Below, one piece after another: positions 39,010 through 49,160 of a stretch of DNA of 64,000 bases. Below the pieces are notes generated by a model that worked only from the letters and a program-made list of their open reading frames with translations, had not been told where the DNA came from and did no database searches. The DNA lies in the IMG/VR virus record IMGVR_UViG_3300028048_000042. One strand, 5' to 3'. Numbering within the stretch: the first letter of the stretch is position 1; the number at the start of each line of letters is the position of its first letter. The position numbers were made by a program, and so were the translations under genes. The stretch comes from a virus (lineage: Duplodnaviria; Caudoviricetes).

Positions 39010-40202
39010 AATCACTGAATAAGTTGTTTAAAGAATTGTGTGATTTAAGTTTTACAGGACAAGAAGAAAATTATTTTTCAATCGAACATAACAAAACGCT
39101 TTCTCGTCAAGTAGCATTTACTTACGATTACATGGGTATGGCAAAAATGCAATCCGTTGAAAAACAATATTCTCAATGGAATAACACCCAATATGATGTT
39201 TTTTTTAACAACAATGATTCATCTTTGGGAAAAATTCAACTGTCAGAAATTAAGCATAGTGATATGCAAACATTTAATATTGTTGATTACAACATTCCTT
39301 CTTTGATGGTAAGAAATCAACATGTATTATATTGTTTCAATAATCTTTTTGGCAAAAAGATTTGGTTTACCACAGACGAAAATCAAAAATACGAATTATA
39401 TTCCAACGCAAAAGAAAGCTATGGGATAAAGATTGACCTTAAAGGAAATAAGAACAAATTAAAAAACGGCTTAAATACTGATTTCGAATGGTTTACCAAT
39501 GTCGTTTATTTCCAAGATAGAGAAAACTACGGTATTGGGATTGATGTGCAAGCCATTGAACCTAATGAATACTATTCGGAAAGAAATTGCGAAGAGCCTA
39601 AATTTTATCATTTTAAGATTAATGGGTTCTTAATGATTAATGGCGAATGTATTTATCTTGATGAAAAACAATTACGTCAAGTAATGAAACAGTTATACCA
39701 TTCAAATGCAAGAAAAATTGTTGAGATTTATGCAAGTCTTCACAAAAGAATCAATAAAATGACAAAAGAAGATAAAAACAATCTTAAATATTTTCCTTGC
39801 ATCAAAAAACATTATCTTGCCCCCATAGTTTCCAATAATCATGGTGTAATTCGGCTGAAATATCTCTTACCTCCCAAAAATTGTGAAAAAAACATCATTG
39901 GAACTATTAAAAATGATATTGACGCTAGAGTTTATTTAGAAACTCTTTACACGCGAAACAAATCTGTAAACAAATGCGAAGAAGATACAGATTTGCAAAA
40001 AATCGTTATTGATGATTACACATTTTTTCTCAACACAAAAAAACATTTATTTGCAGGGTTTAAGAAAACTCAATATGGGGATTTGGATTTGGGTAAATAC
40101 GACCAAATTTCAATAAGCAATGCAAAAGAAATGTTAAAGAAAAAAATGTCAATTGTTGCAAGATTGCAAAATTTATCACTAGAAGACGTATATCAAGAAT
40201 AA
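39006..40202 (+). CDS. hypothetical protein, triplicated family member 3
   Basis: C-terminal KTQYGDL...IVARLQNL. Confidence 0.75.
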   Translation: MKSLNKLFKELCDLSFTGQEENYFSIEHNKTLSRQVAFTYDYMGMAKMQSVEKQYSQWNNTQYDVFFNNNDSSLGKIQLSEIKHSDMQTFNIVDYNIPSLMVRNQHVLYCFNNLFGKKIWFTTDENQKYELYSNAKESYGIKIDLKGNKNKLKNGLNTDFEWFTNVVYFQDRENYGIGIDVQAIEPNEYYSERNCEEPKFYHFKINGFLMINGECIYLDEKQLRQVMKQLYHSNARKIVEIYASLHKRINKMTKEDKNNLKYFPCIKKHYLAPIVSNNHGVIRLKYLLPPKNCEKNIIGTIKNDIDARVYLETLYTRNKSVNKCEEDTDLQKIVIDDYTFFLNTKKHLFAGFKKTQYGDLDLGKYDQISISNAKEMLKKKMSIVARLQNLSLEDVYQE

Positions 40203-40241
40203 TAATTATCAAGGATAGCAATTAAATTGTTATCCTTTTTC

Positions 40242-40256
40242 TATTTCTTTTTTAGA
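40242..40256 (+). promoter_or_regulatory. candidate late promoter TATT-N7-TAGA, after terminator 40211-40240
   Basis: TATTtctttttTAGA. Confidence 0.5.
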
Positions 40257-40278
40257 TTAATAAAGGAGGATTCTCTGA

Positions 40279-42381
40279 ATGCCTAGATACATTTTAGATA
40301 TAGGTGATAATTATATAGAACACAGTCACAACTGTCCTCTTTGCGAAGCGATTGATAATCAAGTGCAATACATAAAGGATATGGCAAAAATGCCAAATCC
40401 AAATAGACATTATATCAAACAACAAATAGATGTTTTGGAAGGTATGCTTGTTAATGGATATGACTTATTACAGGTTTATGAAGCAAATGCAACAACTCAT
40501 AAATTTGTAGACCGAATCCTTAGAGATATGCCAACATATACAGATGATTTGGTTAATTACGTCATTAACACTTATGGCAACGAAAAACGTTCATTTAATG
40601 ACTCTGAACGTAGACAACCTACATTATATTTTTCTCGCTTTTGTAGAGACTGTGGTGCTCGTAAACCTGATATTTTTGATACCGAACAATTAGAACAATT
40701 TGATTGGTGGGCAAAAGCTGAAATTCGTAAAGATTTACATTCTGTTCTTTTAACGTGGAACAAGTTAGATTATCATTTTGATTATACAGTTCGTATATAC
40801 AAAAAAGCAGATAACGGTGTTCCCCCCAATACCGAGGTGGATAAAGATGGTTATGCTTTTTATGGAGAATTTACAAAAGAAACAGAAAGCATAGACACAA
40901 TGATTGCAGATGGGCGTGTATATTATTACAAATTCCAATTCATAGATAAATACGGTATGGTTTTTAAGGAATTGAAAACTGATATATTGAATAAGGTTTG
41001 GTTTGAGCACCGACCTCATTTAATACAAAATTTGAAATTTAAAAAACACCGCCGATTAATTTATAAAGATGGAAAATATGAAACAGACGATTTTTTATAC
41101 GCCACTTACGAAGTAGATTCTTCTGATAAAGATTTTGGTGATGTTTTATTTAAAGTCAATTCAGACCACGTTCCATCATTAGATTATTTTATTGACGATT
41201 ACACTTTTGATTCTGAAAATCATTTCCGTTTTCCAAGCAAAAGTCAATATTATTTTGTTAAACCTTATATCCGAAGCAAAAAATTCAAAAAAGATTGGGA
41301 CAATGACCACATGGTTTATCCTGACTTATATTTTTGGAATACAGATGCACAAGCAGAATTAATTCATTATGAGCCATTTTTGGATGAATTATATGACCTT
41401 AATTTTGAAGATGGTATTCGTAGTATGAAAATCTCTTACAAATTAAAATACCGAAATCACATTAAATATGTTCGTATCATGTTCAAACAAGATGATAAAT
41501 ACATTACAGATGATGATGATGGTACTTATAAAATTGTTGATGTACCTGCCGTACATGCCCTATACGATTATACAGTCAATATTGAAGACCTTGCTAGTAA
41601 CAGTTATTGGGTATTTGGTGTATTCCCTGTTTACGAAGATTCCGACCCTGATATTCGATTAGACTATCAGACTATTGTTAAAATTCGTCCTTGGTTTGAA
41701 GAAGATGAATATTTCAACGATATGTTGGAATTTTATTATACAGGTTATTGGTACAAAGATAAGGATTTTGATAAATATAACATTCCAACAAATCATGATA
41801 AAATTATTTCAGCAAATGCTAGAGATAAAGAAGTTATGATGTGTGATAACCTCAAAATGAAAGATGTAGCCCCCTTATTGATTCATAGAGATTATTGTTC
41901 GGAAATTTGCACTGTCGATTTTGATTTTAAGATGATTGCAAAAACACAACAAGATAGATTGCATTATTACATTAATCACAAACGACAATTAAAATGTGTA
42001 GATACTGATGATTTATGGATGCACTATTCTGAAACTTTCTATGGACAACAAGATTGGTTGATTCTTAGATGGGAACAAATGAAATTTTCTGATTCCGAAT
42101 GGACTTGCACTTTTGTTGACAATATTCACATTCATAATGAAAAAATTGTTGACGATAAAACAGACAATTTTACTCGTGAAGATGAAATTGAATATAAAAA
42201 TTTCCATTATTACAATCGCAAAATTAAGCACAATGCTTTATATTTGCACACTCCTGATAAATATTATTCAGTACACATCAAAATTAATCCATATTTTAAT
42301 GTTTCTGAAGAAGAATCAAATAGAATTAATGAAGAAATGGTAGTAGGAAAGCCTGACGAAAACTTCACATGGATGCCATAA
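40279..42381 (+). CDS. putative virion structural protein with fibronectin-III-like segments
   Basis: SVLLTW...VRIYKK...GRVYYYKF and DLASNSYWVFGVFP patterns; N-terminal CxxC pairs. Confidence 0.55.
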   Translation: MPRYILDIGDNYIEHSHNCPLCEAIDNQVQYIKDMAKMPNPNRHYIKQQIDVLEGMLVNGYDLLQVYEANATTHKFVDRILRDMPTYTDDLVNYVINTYGNEKRSFNDSERRQPTLYFSRFCRDCGARKPDIFDTEQLEQFDWWAKAEIRKDLHSVLLTWNKLDYHFDYTVRIYKKADNGVPPNTEVDKDGYAFYGEFTKETESIDTMIADGRVYYYKFQFIDKYGMVFKELKTDILNKVWFEHRPHLIQNLKFKKHRRLIYKDGKYETDDFLYATYEVDSSDKDFGDVLFKVNSDHVPSLDYFIDDYTFDSENHFRFPSKSQYYFVKPYIRSKKFKKDWDNDHMVYPDLYFWNTDAQAELIHYEPFLDELYDLNFEDGIRSMKISYKLKYRNHIKYVRIMFKQDDKYITDDDDGTYKIVDVPAVHALYDYTVNIEDLASNSYWVFGVFPVYEDSDPDIRLDYQTIVKIRPWFEEDEYFNDMLEFYYTGYWYKDKDFDKYNIPTNHDKIISANARDKEVMMCDNLKMKDVAPLLIHRDYCSEICTVDFDFKMIAKTQQDRLHYYINHKRQLKCVDTDDLWMHYSETFYGQQDWLILRWEQMKFSDSEWTCTFVDNIHIHNEKIVDDKTDNFTREDEIEYKNFHYYNRKIKHNALYLHTPDKYYSVHIKINPYFNVSEEESNRINEEMVVGKPDENFTWMP

Positions 42382-42539
42382 GCAATTAAAAAAGTATTTT
42401 ACTATATATTGGTAAAATACTTTTTTTTGAATTGATGAAATGAATTGATTTATCGCAAAAAATTTACAAAAAAAAGAAGTAATTTTTACTTCTCTGCATA
42501 TTACTTATATGAAAATGATAAAAAGGAGAATTTTTATAT

Positions 42540-42995
42540 ATGAATATTTTATTGCGTAAAATTAAAAAATTGGCTTTTGATTCTCGTTTAAAAAATCAAT
42601 ATACGCAATATGCTTTGGATTATGTGAAAAAAGAATTTGGTAAACATTATGAAGAAGAAATGAATGATGTATATCATGAGTATATTGAAAATTGTGAACG
42701 ACTTGAAATGCGTTATGATGAAGATGGTAAAGATTTTGATGACCGTGAACTTGAAAAAGAAGCAAAACAAAAGACTTTAAATGAAGTTAATGCATTGGCA
42801 TATGCTTTTGTAAGTAAAACACTTAATGATGATTTTGTAAAGCAGTTCAACGAACATTTTTCAAATAAATCCAACATTCCTGAAGATGTTAATAGCTACT
42901 TCAAAAGGGAAGAATTGCAGCAGTATATTGATTTTGACCAAATCACCACAGCTATTGAAAAGAATTATAAAGATTATATCGAGGATTTGTTATGA
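42540..42995 (+). CDS. acidic protein with basic N-terminal leader
   Basis: MNILLRKIKKLA then a D/E-rich body. Confidence 0.7.
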   Translation: MNILLRKIKKLAFDSRLKNQYTQYALDYVKKEFGKHYEEEMNDVYHEYIENCERLEMRYDEDGKDFDDRELEKEAKQKTLNEVNALAYAFVSKTLNDDFVKQFNEHFSNKSNIPEDVNSYFKREELQQYIDFDQITTAIEKNYKDYIEDLL

Positions 42996-43363
42996 AAAGA
43001 TTAATTCGTGCAGACATGTCAAAGGAAGATATGGTAAAAACAATTACGGATAACAATCCTGCTTATAATGAAGGAGCTACTTGGATTCGAACTGAGGATG
43101 ATATTGCAGACGTTCAAGAATTATGGACGGATGAAGATTTCGGTATGTACCCTGATTTTACCAAAGAAATGGCAGAAAAAGCCTTAAAAGAAGGTAAAGT
43201 TGTGGTATATAGTAGTAAACCATTTGAACTTGGAAGTTTCGTAACGCCTAGCAAAATGTATGCTGAAAGCTATTCAGGCAATGGTAAGATTTATTCCCAA
43301 GAAATGAATTTGAATGATATTGCTTGGATTGACGAAGGTGAAGGTCAAATTGTAAAATTATGA
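42992..43363 (+). CDS. acidic protein with basic N-terminal leader
   Basis: MKRLIRA; FVTPSKMYAESY...DIAWID. Confidence 0.7.
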   Translation: MKRLIRADMSKEDMVKTITDNNPAYNEGATWIRTEDDIADVQELWTDEDFGMYPDFTKEMAEKALKEGKVVVYSSKPFELGSFVTPSKMYAESYSGNGKIYSQEMNLNDIAWIDEGEGQIVKL

Positions 43364-43382
43364 AAAGGAGCGAAAACCTTAA

Positions 43383-43790
43383 ATGAAACGATTAGCTAAC
43401 ATTGATTGGAATAACGAAGACGTAGAATCCATTAATTATATTAAAGAAAATGCTGACGATTTTAAGTCTTTCGTAAAAAAAGAAATGATTGATTATTACA
43501 AGGATTTTCTTGATGATAATGAAGATTGGTTCGTTGATGAAGAAGATGATGAAGGTTTTAAAGTAAAATCTGATGAACAATTATCCAAGGATTTGGAAAG
43601 TCGAATGGAATCATTCACAGGTGGGTACTTATTCTGCATCCTTGATTATTTGGAAGCGCACAATAAAAAATTCCATCAGACAAGCTACGGCTGTGAATAC
43701 ATGAATAAATTCAAAGACGAATGGTTTATGTCGGTCATGAAGGAAACGGTAATTCCTGAACTCATTAATTACGTACATAAAAGATTCTAA
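43383..43790 (+). CDS. acidic protein with basic N-terminal leader
   Basis: MKRLA then a D/E-rich body. Confidence 0.7.
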   Translation: MKRLANIDWNNEDVESINYIKENADDFKSFVKKEMIDYYKDFLDDNEDWFVDEEDDEGFKVKSDEQLSKDLESRMESFTGGYLFCILDYLEAHNKKFHQTSYGCEYMNKFKDEWFMSVMKETVIPELINYVHKRF

Positions 43791-43832
43791 AAAAGAGACG
43801 TTTTAACGACCTCTCTTTTTTATAAAAAATTG

Positions 43833-43861
43833 TTGACAAAATCCCTCTGCTATGATATAAT
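43833..43861 (+). promoter_or_regulatory. sigma-A-like promoter
   Basis: TTGACA-17-TATAAT with TG. Confidence 0.75.
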
Positions 43862-43891
43862 CATTTTATAAATCGCAAGGGGGGATTTTTG

Positions 43892-44164
43892 ATGAATATA
43901 ATAAATGATGAAAACATTGAAATAGATTTGTTTAGGGAAGTTCAATACTTCAACAGTATTTATAGCACAAATTCATTTTTTTGCTATTGCGATGATTATT
44001 TGTATAGAGTCCAATTCCGTTATGAACTCGATAAAAATTCTTTCAGTGTTTTTTTTGGTCAAGGCGATAAAGATATTACATTACCATTCCCATTAAAATC
44101 AAAAACCATAAAACAGATAAATAAAAACCTTGTCAAAATGCTGACAAGATTGGTCGGAGTATAA
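43892..44164 (+). CDS. RxxG-phi family protein
   Basis: ends MLTRLVGV*. Confidence 0.8.
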   Translation: MNIINDENIEIDLFREVQYFNSIYSTNSFFCYCDDYLYRVQFRYELDKNSFSVFFGQGDKDITLPFPLKSKTIKQINKNLVKMLTRLVGV

Positions 44165-44166
44165 AA

Positions 44167-44460
44167 ATGGAAAAATTAACATTCAAAACTTTTTCTAATC
44201 GTTTTAAGAGTACACTACTAGGCAATAGGAAATTAAAAAAAAGTAACAAGTTTCATTCAAGATATAGAATTGATTGTTATTGGATTGATTCACAGAAAAA
44301 AATATTTACAGAATTCATGTATCAATCATATCCTAATCATTTCATTATCAGTTTTTGCCCTTATGATTCAGCTCTACTAACAGAAGGGCGAGAAGAAAAT
44401 ATCCAATTAAAAGAGTACAAAGAACAACGAATTATATTTTCAAGAATGTTTGGAGTATAA
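44167..44460 (+). CDS. RxxG-phi family protein
   Basis: ends IFSRMFGV*. Confidence 0.8.
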   Translation: MEKLTFKTFSNRFKSTLLGNRKLKKSNKFHSRYRIDCYWIDSQKKIFTEFMYQSYPNHFIISFCPYDSALLTEGREENIQLKEYKEQRIIFSRMFGV

Positions 44461-45280
44461 TTGCATGTAAAATTTCTTACTGCCACAACATATTTAAATC
44501 CTTAAATAATGAGTTTTCACTATCACCACTTAGTAAAAACCATCTTGAACACTTTTACTTATACTTCATACCCCTTATAATTGCCATATATCTGTTTCTT
44601 CTCTCCGTAGGGAATAAATCATAAAGAAATAGTTCCTGTAAAATCTTTTACAAGTACCCCTAAAAATGTCAAAAATTTTTTTTACCGCCACTACAAAAAA
44701 TCGGCAGGGAGGAAAGAAATATCTATATATATAAAGAAATCTATATAGATAAAAGTAACAGTAAAAGAAGTGGAGATTGATAAAAAGTATATATAAAAAA
44801 TTTCCTTCACATAAAAACAACCCAATCCCTATATATAAAAGAAACATTATATAAGGAATTGGATTTTTATATATATAGAAATACCATCTTGTTCTTCCTT
44901 TCGTTTATATGCCTATATATAGAAGATTTTCCCTATATAGATTTAATTGCTTATATATAGAAAAGAAACTATATATAGAGATATAAAAAATAAACGTAAA
45001 TGGAATACTTTAATTGTTTAGATAAAATTCAATGATTTATAAAATTCAATGATTTATAAAATTCAATGATTTATAAAATTCTTTGGTATATATAGATTTG
45101 ACTATTTTTTGCGAAGCAAAAACTGAGCGTGAGCGAAGGTATCGCCCACGTTGCGCAAAAATTTTTCACAAGAAAAAATTTACACTTTTTGCAGATAATT
45201 GTTTCTGTGCAATAAGGACATTTGACCAATTTTTATAAATCAAAACGATATTAATATATTGTTGAAACAATAAAAAGCAA
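44461..45280. other. long non-coding region rich in CTATATATAG-like palindromes (origin-like)
   Basis: about 9 TATATAG/CTATATA sites, 17-bp tandem repeat, GCGAAGC hairpin. Confidence 0.45.
45022..45081. repeat. 17-bp tandem repeat, 3.5 copies
   Basis: ataaaattcaatgattt at 45022, 45039, 45056, partial at 45073. Confidence 0.9.
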
Positions 45281-45293
45281 GAGGGGATGAACA

Positions 45294-48200
45294 ATGGCTC
45301 AACTAATAAAGGAAATGCAAATAGATTCGAACGTTAGGAGTAAGATTAACAACTCCTTAAAAATAAGAAAAGATAAAATGAAGTGTTTCAAAGGGGACGA
45401 AATTTTATTTGCTTTTAAAAACAAAGTATATATATGTCTTGCAAAGAATGATGGTATCTTAGGAGAAGGATTCTCCAAAGAAATTGGTAATATTGGGGAT
45501 TATTTTACTGATGGAGAAGTATCATTAGAAGTAGAAAACATCTATAACAGTAGTGAGGACATAGAAAATGTCAATTCTGTATGGGGTTTATTTAAAATAG
45601 AAAATCCCAAGGAAGGTGTAACATATAGGACATTAACTGAAAGCAATTATCCGCAAGAATTTATTAACAATTATATAACAGAAGATAAACATTCTTTTAC
45701 AGTAGATGAAGGAAACAAATATGAATATGCATTTAATTTGCTAGTAGATTATGGTAGTGAAGAAGTCAAAAAGAGGATAAATAGGATTTCAATGACTTCG
45801 ACTTTTGTTAATAAATTTCAAACAAAAGATGGTATAGATGTACCTTTAGAGGGACATGCTTTTCTTATGCATAATGGGAAATGTTGTTTTTATGGTAAAT
45901 ATACTGATACTGATGGTGAACCTTTGGCTATGGATGAAATAATTTCAGGGAGTCTCAGAGCAGAATTTTCCACAGACGAGATTGCGCATGATGAAATATA
46001 TATATGTCCATCTTACGATTCAGATTTCTACACTTATCCAATTGAATATGTAGATACAAAACTTAAATCACAACCGTTTGAGGGTGTAATAAAAGAAACC
46101 ATAGAGCATGGCGTTGGACTTAGATGGTATCATTGGAATCTTGAAAAAGAAACTTTTGTTGGAGAGATATTTGAGATAAAAAATATAAATGAAAGGTTGG
46201 AAAATTTATATAACAATGAGCAACCTGCCAAATTCACTTTATATATGGTAGAAACCGAACATGATTTTGATTTTCCGTATGCAATAGGTCAAAAATTAGA
46301 TGAACGAGATAAAGATTTAGCTTATATAAAGCAAACACTGAACGAATGTGGAATAACTGCTCCATTACAAGAATCTATTGATTTTTATATTTCAATGAAG
46401 CCGTTTAAGGATTATGACAGAGTTAAATCTGAAACAGATGGAGAAATTGTTTTTTCAAACAAGAATGGGTTGCAAGATTATCATTTTGGTGCAGGCAGCG
46501 AATTTACATTTACAAATGGTAAATGGATTGAAAGAACAAAAATAGAAAATTCAAAGCATTTAAATGAAAATAAAATACCGACATTAGCGGAAGCACTTAA
46601 AACTTCTGACCTAAACACATTTAATTCTATTTTGAAGGATGAAGAATTATATTGTTGGAATGAAGGTAAAAAATATTACACGATTGGCAATTTTTATAAT
46701 ATTGGCGATAAAATTTGGATTTCTGACGAAATAGACGATATGTATTTTGTTTGCACAAAAGGTGGGCAAATATTAGATGATATAGAATCTCGCATTGACA
46801 TTATTAGAACTCGTATATCAGGCACTACATTTAATGATTCAGGTGGAGCAGAAATAAAGTTACAATATACGAGCAACATTGTTATTGGCGGTAGACCTTA
46901 TTATAGATATAATGATATGCAATCTCTTAAAAACGTAGCAGAAGGAGAAATAGTTTATCTAAAAGAAGCATTAGTGAATTACTTATATATATCAAACAAT
47001 TCAACGTTTGTCAAAATAGGTTTATATAATTGTTCAACAGATAATAATTCTTTTGGTGCTAATTTGCCAATTACAAATGTAAAAGACAAAAATGGCACAA
47101 ATTTAGTCACAGCAGGTGAATACATTACCTATGGAGATACCAACAAGCGCAAAATTACGGAAGATTTAACCTTTGAAGATGTTATAAGAAATTCAATACA
47201 ATGCAAATTAAAACAATCTATTGAATCAATTGAATTTATAACTGCATTAAATCAAGAAGATATAAATTTTGACACATTGAATTATGATATATCAAAAATA
47301 ACAGATAGGAACTATACAAATTTAATTTATAAAGTGAAATTAAACAATTATGTTTCGATACAACAAATATATCAACAAAACAATCGAGGATATAGTGTTC
47401 CTAATTTTTATCGTAGTAACGGTTCTTCCTATGGTAGTGCATTTTATGTACATTTTACATTATTAGATACAATTAATACCATTGCAGGATATGGTAAGGA
47501 TTCAGTTTTCAAATTTAAAAATGGCAAATGGGAATGCATATACAACACTTTAGCAAATGATGCAATTATTTCGCAACGAATTCATGGGGGTAATGTTTTT
47601 TCAAGAATTGAAAGATGGCTAAAATCACCTACGGATGTTAATAGATTGAAAATAAAAACAGAATATTTTCCTTCTCTCACGCCTACCGCTATAACGGCAT
47701 CTGAAATATCAAAAGCAAACGAATTGATTTACAATTCACATCTCACGCATTTTAATATTTCGGTTTGTGAAAGTCTTATATCTAAAGAATGTATGGCAAC
47801 CAATTTTAACAAGAAAGAATGTTCGACAATAATTGTTGATGGCAACAATCAAGGAGTAAAGCATTATATAAAAGACAATCGTTTCATTGCATATAATTAC
47901 AATGATGGTAGTGGAAAAGTTGTTTTTCATGATGCAAGAGATTCCAATATAGATAAAGAGTTACCGCAACATTGTTCTTATCTTGAATTTGAAAATGTTT
48001 ATAATACTGATTATTTTAACTATAGAAATTATCATATCAATAACGGTTTGAATAGATATGACAATATGTTAAATGTAGATGTGGTTGACTTTTTGAAATG
48101 TGGTAAAGAAGAATTACCGCATTTATGGAAAGTAAAAAAAATAAGAGTAAACAAAGACAATTTCCCTCACTTTGTTTCCAATGAGCAAAAGCATAAAAAT

Positions 48201-48740
48201 GTAATCAATAAAATGAGAAATTATCTTTGTCCGTTATTAAAAACTGTAGAAATTTCGTCCAAACAAGAATATGACGAAAACGAGTCTTGTTCATCTATCA
48301 ATTTTGATGTTCCGTATAATACGAAATATACCTATATTCTCTTAAAGGAAGATACAAGTTATCAATTTAAATCTATTGGTGTAGCTTCTCGTGATAACAA
48401 ATTTGGTGGATTGGATTATAGATTTGCTTCTAATCTAAGAAATGTAAAAGATGTTGCTAACGCTGCAATATCATATTTAAATAATTCTTCATTTAGTTCA
48501 TTTGGACAATTTGGTGCAAAAATAATTTGTGATGCGACTGAAGCAACAAAAACATTGACTATGGAAACAGAAAACGGTGGACAAAATTTTGTTGTTCAAA
48601 AAGGTAATATCGTAATACAGGCTTCACCTGACCTTATTGGAATTATATTATCTGCAAAAGGTAAAGATGGGTGGTATGATTTTGATAATGAAGCTGAAGA
48701 CTATTGCAATTATCAAATTATTGGAATGAAAACAGATTAA
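45294..48740 (+). CDS. large putative virion/tail-associated protein (paralogue of 29612..32482)
   Basis: MAQLIKEMQI vs MAKLIQEEQL; shared IIxD.T...TL.M...G.IV.....DL.GI...GMK.D block. Confidence 0.6.
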   Translation: MAQLIKEMQIDSNVRSKINNSLKIRKDKMKCFKGDEILFAFKNKVYICLAKNDGILGEGFSKEIGNIGDYFTDGEVSLEVENIYNSSEDIENVNSVWGLFKIENPKEGVTYRTLTESNYPQEFINNYITEDKHSFTVDEGNKYEYAFNLLVDYGSEEVKKRINRISMTSTFVNKFQTKDGIDVPLEGHAFLMHNGKCCFYGKYTDTDGEPLAMDEIISGSLRAEFSTDEIAHDEIYICPSYDSDFYTYPIEYVDTKLKSQPFEGVIKETIEHGVGLRWYHWNLEKETFVGEIFEIKNINERLENLYNNEQPAKFTLYMVETEHDFDFPYAIGQKLDERDKDLAYIKQTLNECGITAPLQESIDFYISMKPFKDYDRVKSETDGEIVFSNKNGLQDYHFGAGSEFTFTNGKWIERTKIENSKHLNENKIPTLAEALKTSDLNTFNSILKDEELYCWNEGKKYYTIGNFYNIGDKIWISDEIDDMYFVCTKGGQILDDIESRIDIIRTRISGTTFNDSGGAEIKLQYTSNIVIGGRPYYRYNDMQSLKNVAEGEIVYLKEALVNYLYISNNSTFVKIGLYNCSTDNNSFGANLPITNVKDKNGTNLVTAGEYITYGDTNKRKITEDLTFEDVIRNSIQCKLKQSIESIEFITALNQEDINFDTLNYDISKITDRNYTNLIYKVKLNNYVSIQQIYQQNNRGYSVPNFYRSNGSSYGSAFYVHFTLLDTINTIAGYGKDSVFKFKNGKWECIYNTLANDAIISQRIHGGNVFSRIERWLKSPTDVNRLKIKTEYFPSLTPTAITASEISKANELIYNSHLTHFNISVCESLISKECMATNFNKKECSTIIVDGNNQGVKHYIKDNRFIAYNYNDGSGKVVFHDARDSNIDKELPQHCSYLEFENVYNTDYFNYRNYHINNGLNRYDNMLNVDVVDFLKCGKEELPHLWKVKKIRVNKDNFPHFVSNEQKHKNVINKMRNYLCPLLKTVEISSKQEYDENESCSSINFDVPYNTKYTYILLKEDTSYQFKSIGVASRDNKFGGLDYRFASNLRNVKDVANAAISYLNNSSFSSFGQFGAKIICDATEATKTLTMETENGGQNFVVQKGNIVIQASPDLIGIILSAKGKDGWYDFDNEAEDYCNYQIIGMKTD

Positions 48741-48801
48741 ATACCCAAATTAAAATTTAGAGATTTCCTATATATAGGAAATCTTTTTTTTGAAAAAAGT
48801 G

Positions 48802-48830
48802 TTGACAGATACCTTTATATATGATATATT
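48802..48830 (+). promoter_or_regulatory. sigma-A-like promoter, after palindromic terminator 48761-48791
   Basis: TTGACA-17-TATATT with TG. Confidence 0.65.
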
Positions 48831-48868
48831 ATATACATGAAGCGAAAAGCGAAAGGAGAATGAATAAA

Positions 48869-49138
48869 ATGAAAGTAAATGGAATGATTAATACAGAGGT
48901 AGAAGTAACGGAAAAAGAAATGGTAGAAACCATGCTTGCGAATTTGCTGAAGACGGACAAATGGAAAGTACGCAATATGATTATCACGGAAATGGAATTT
49001 GAAGGCGAATATGGTTTGTATGAAGAATACGATGGCAATTATAGTGGCACTCCATATTCTTTGATTACAAATGACCCCAAGAAGATTAAGAAGTATAATC
49101 TTCTGAAGGAGCTTTTGGAAACTGTTACGTCTGAATAA
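48869..49138 (+). CDS. hypothetical protein
   Basis: start moved to the ATG spaced from AAGGAG. Confidence 0.65.
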   Translation: MKVNGMINTEVEVTEKEMVETMLANLLKTDKWKVRNMIITEMEFEGEYGLYEEYDGNYSGTPYSLITNDPKKIKKYNLLKELLETVTSE

Positions 49139-49160
49139 CAAAGTTTTTTAGGGGACACAA

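Noticed and set aside
44575-44847. Minus-strand 90-aa ORF (also 55598..55837)
   Set aside because: Low-complexity translation of TATA-rich non-coding DNA, no RBS
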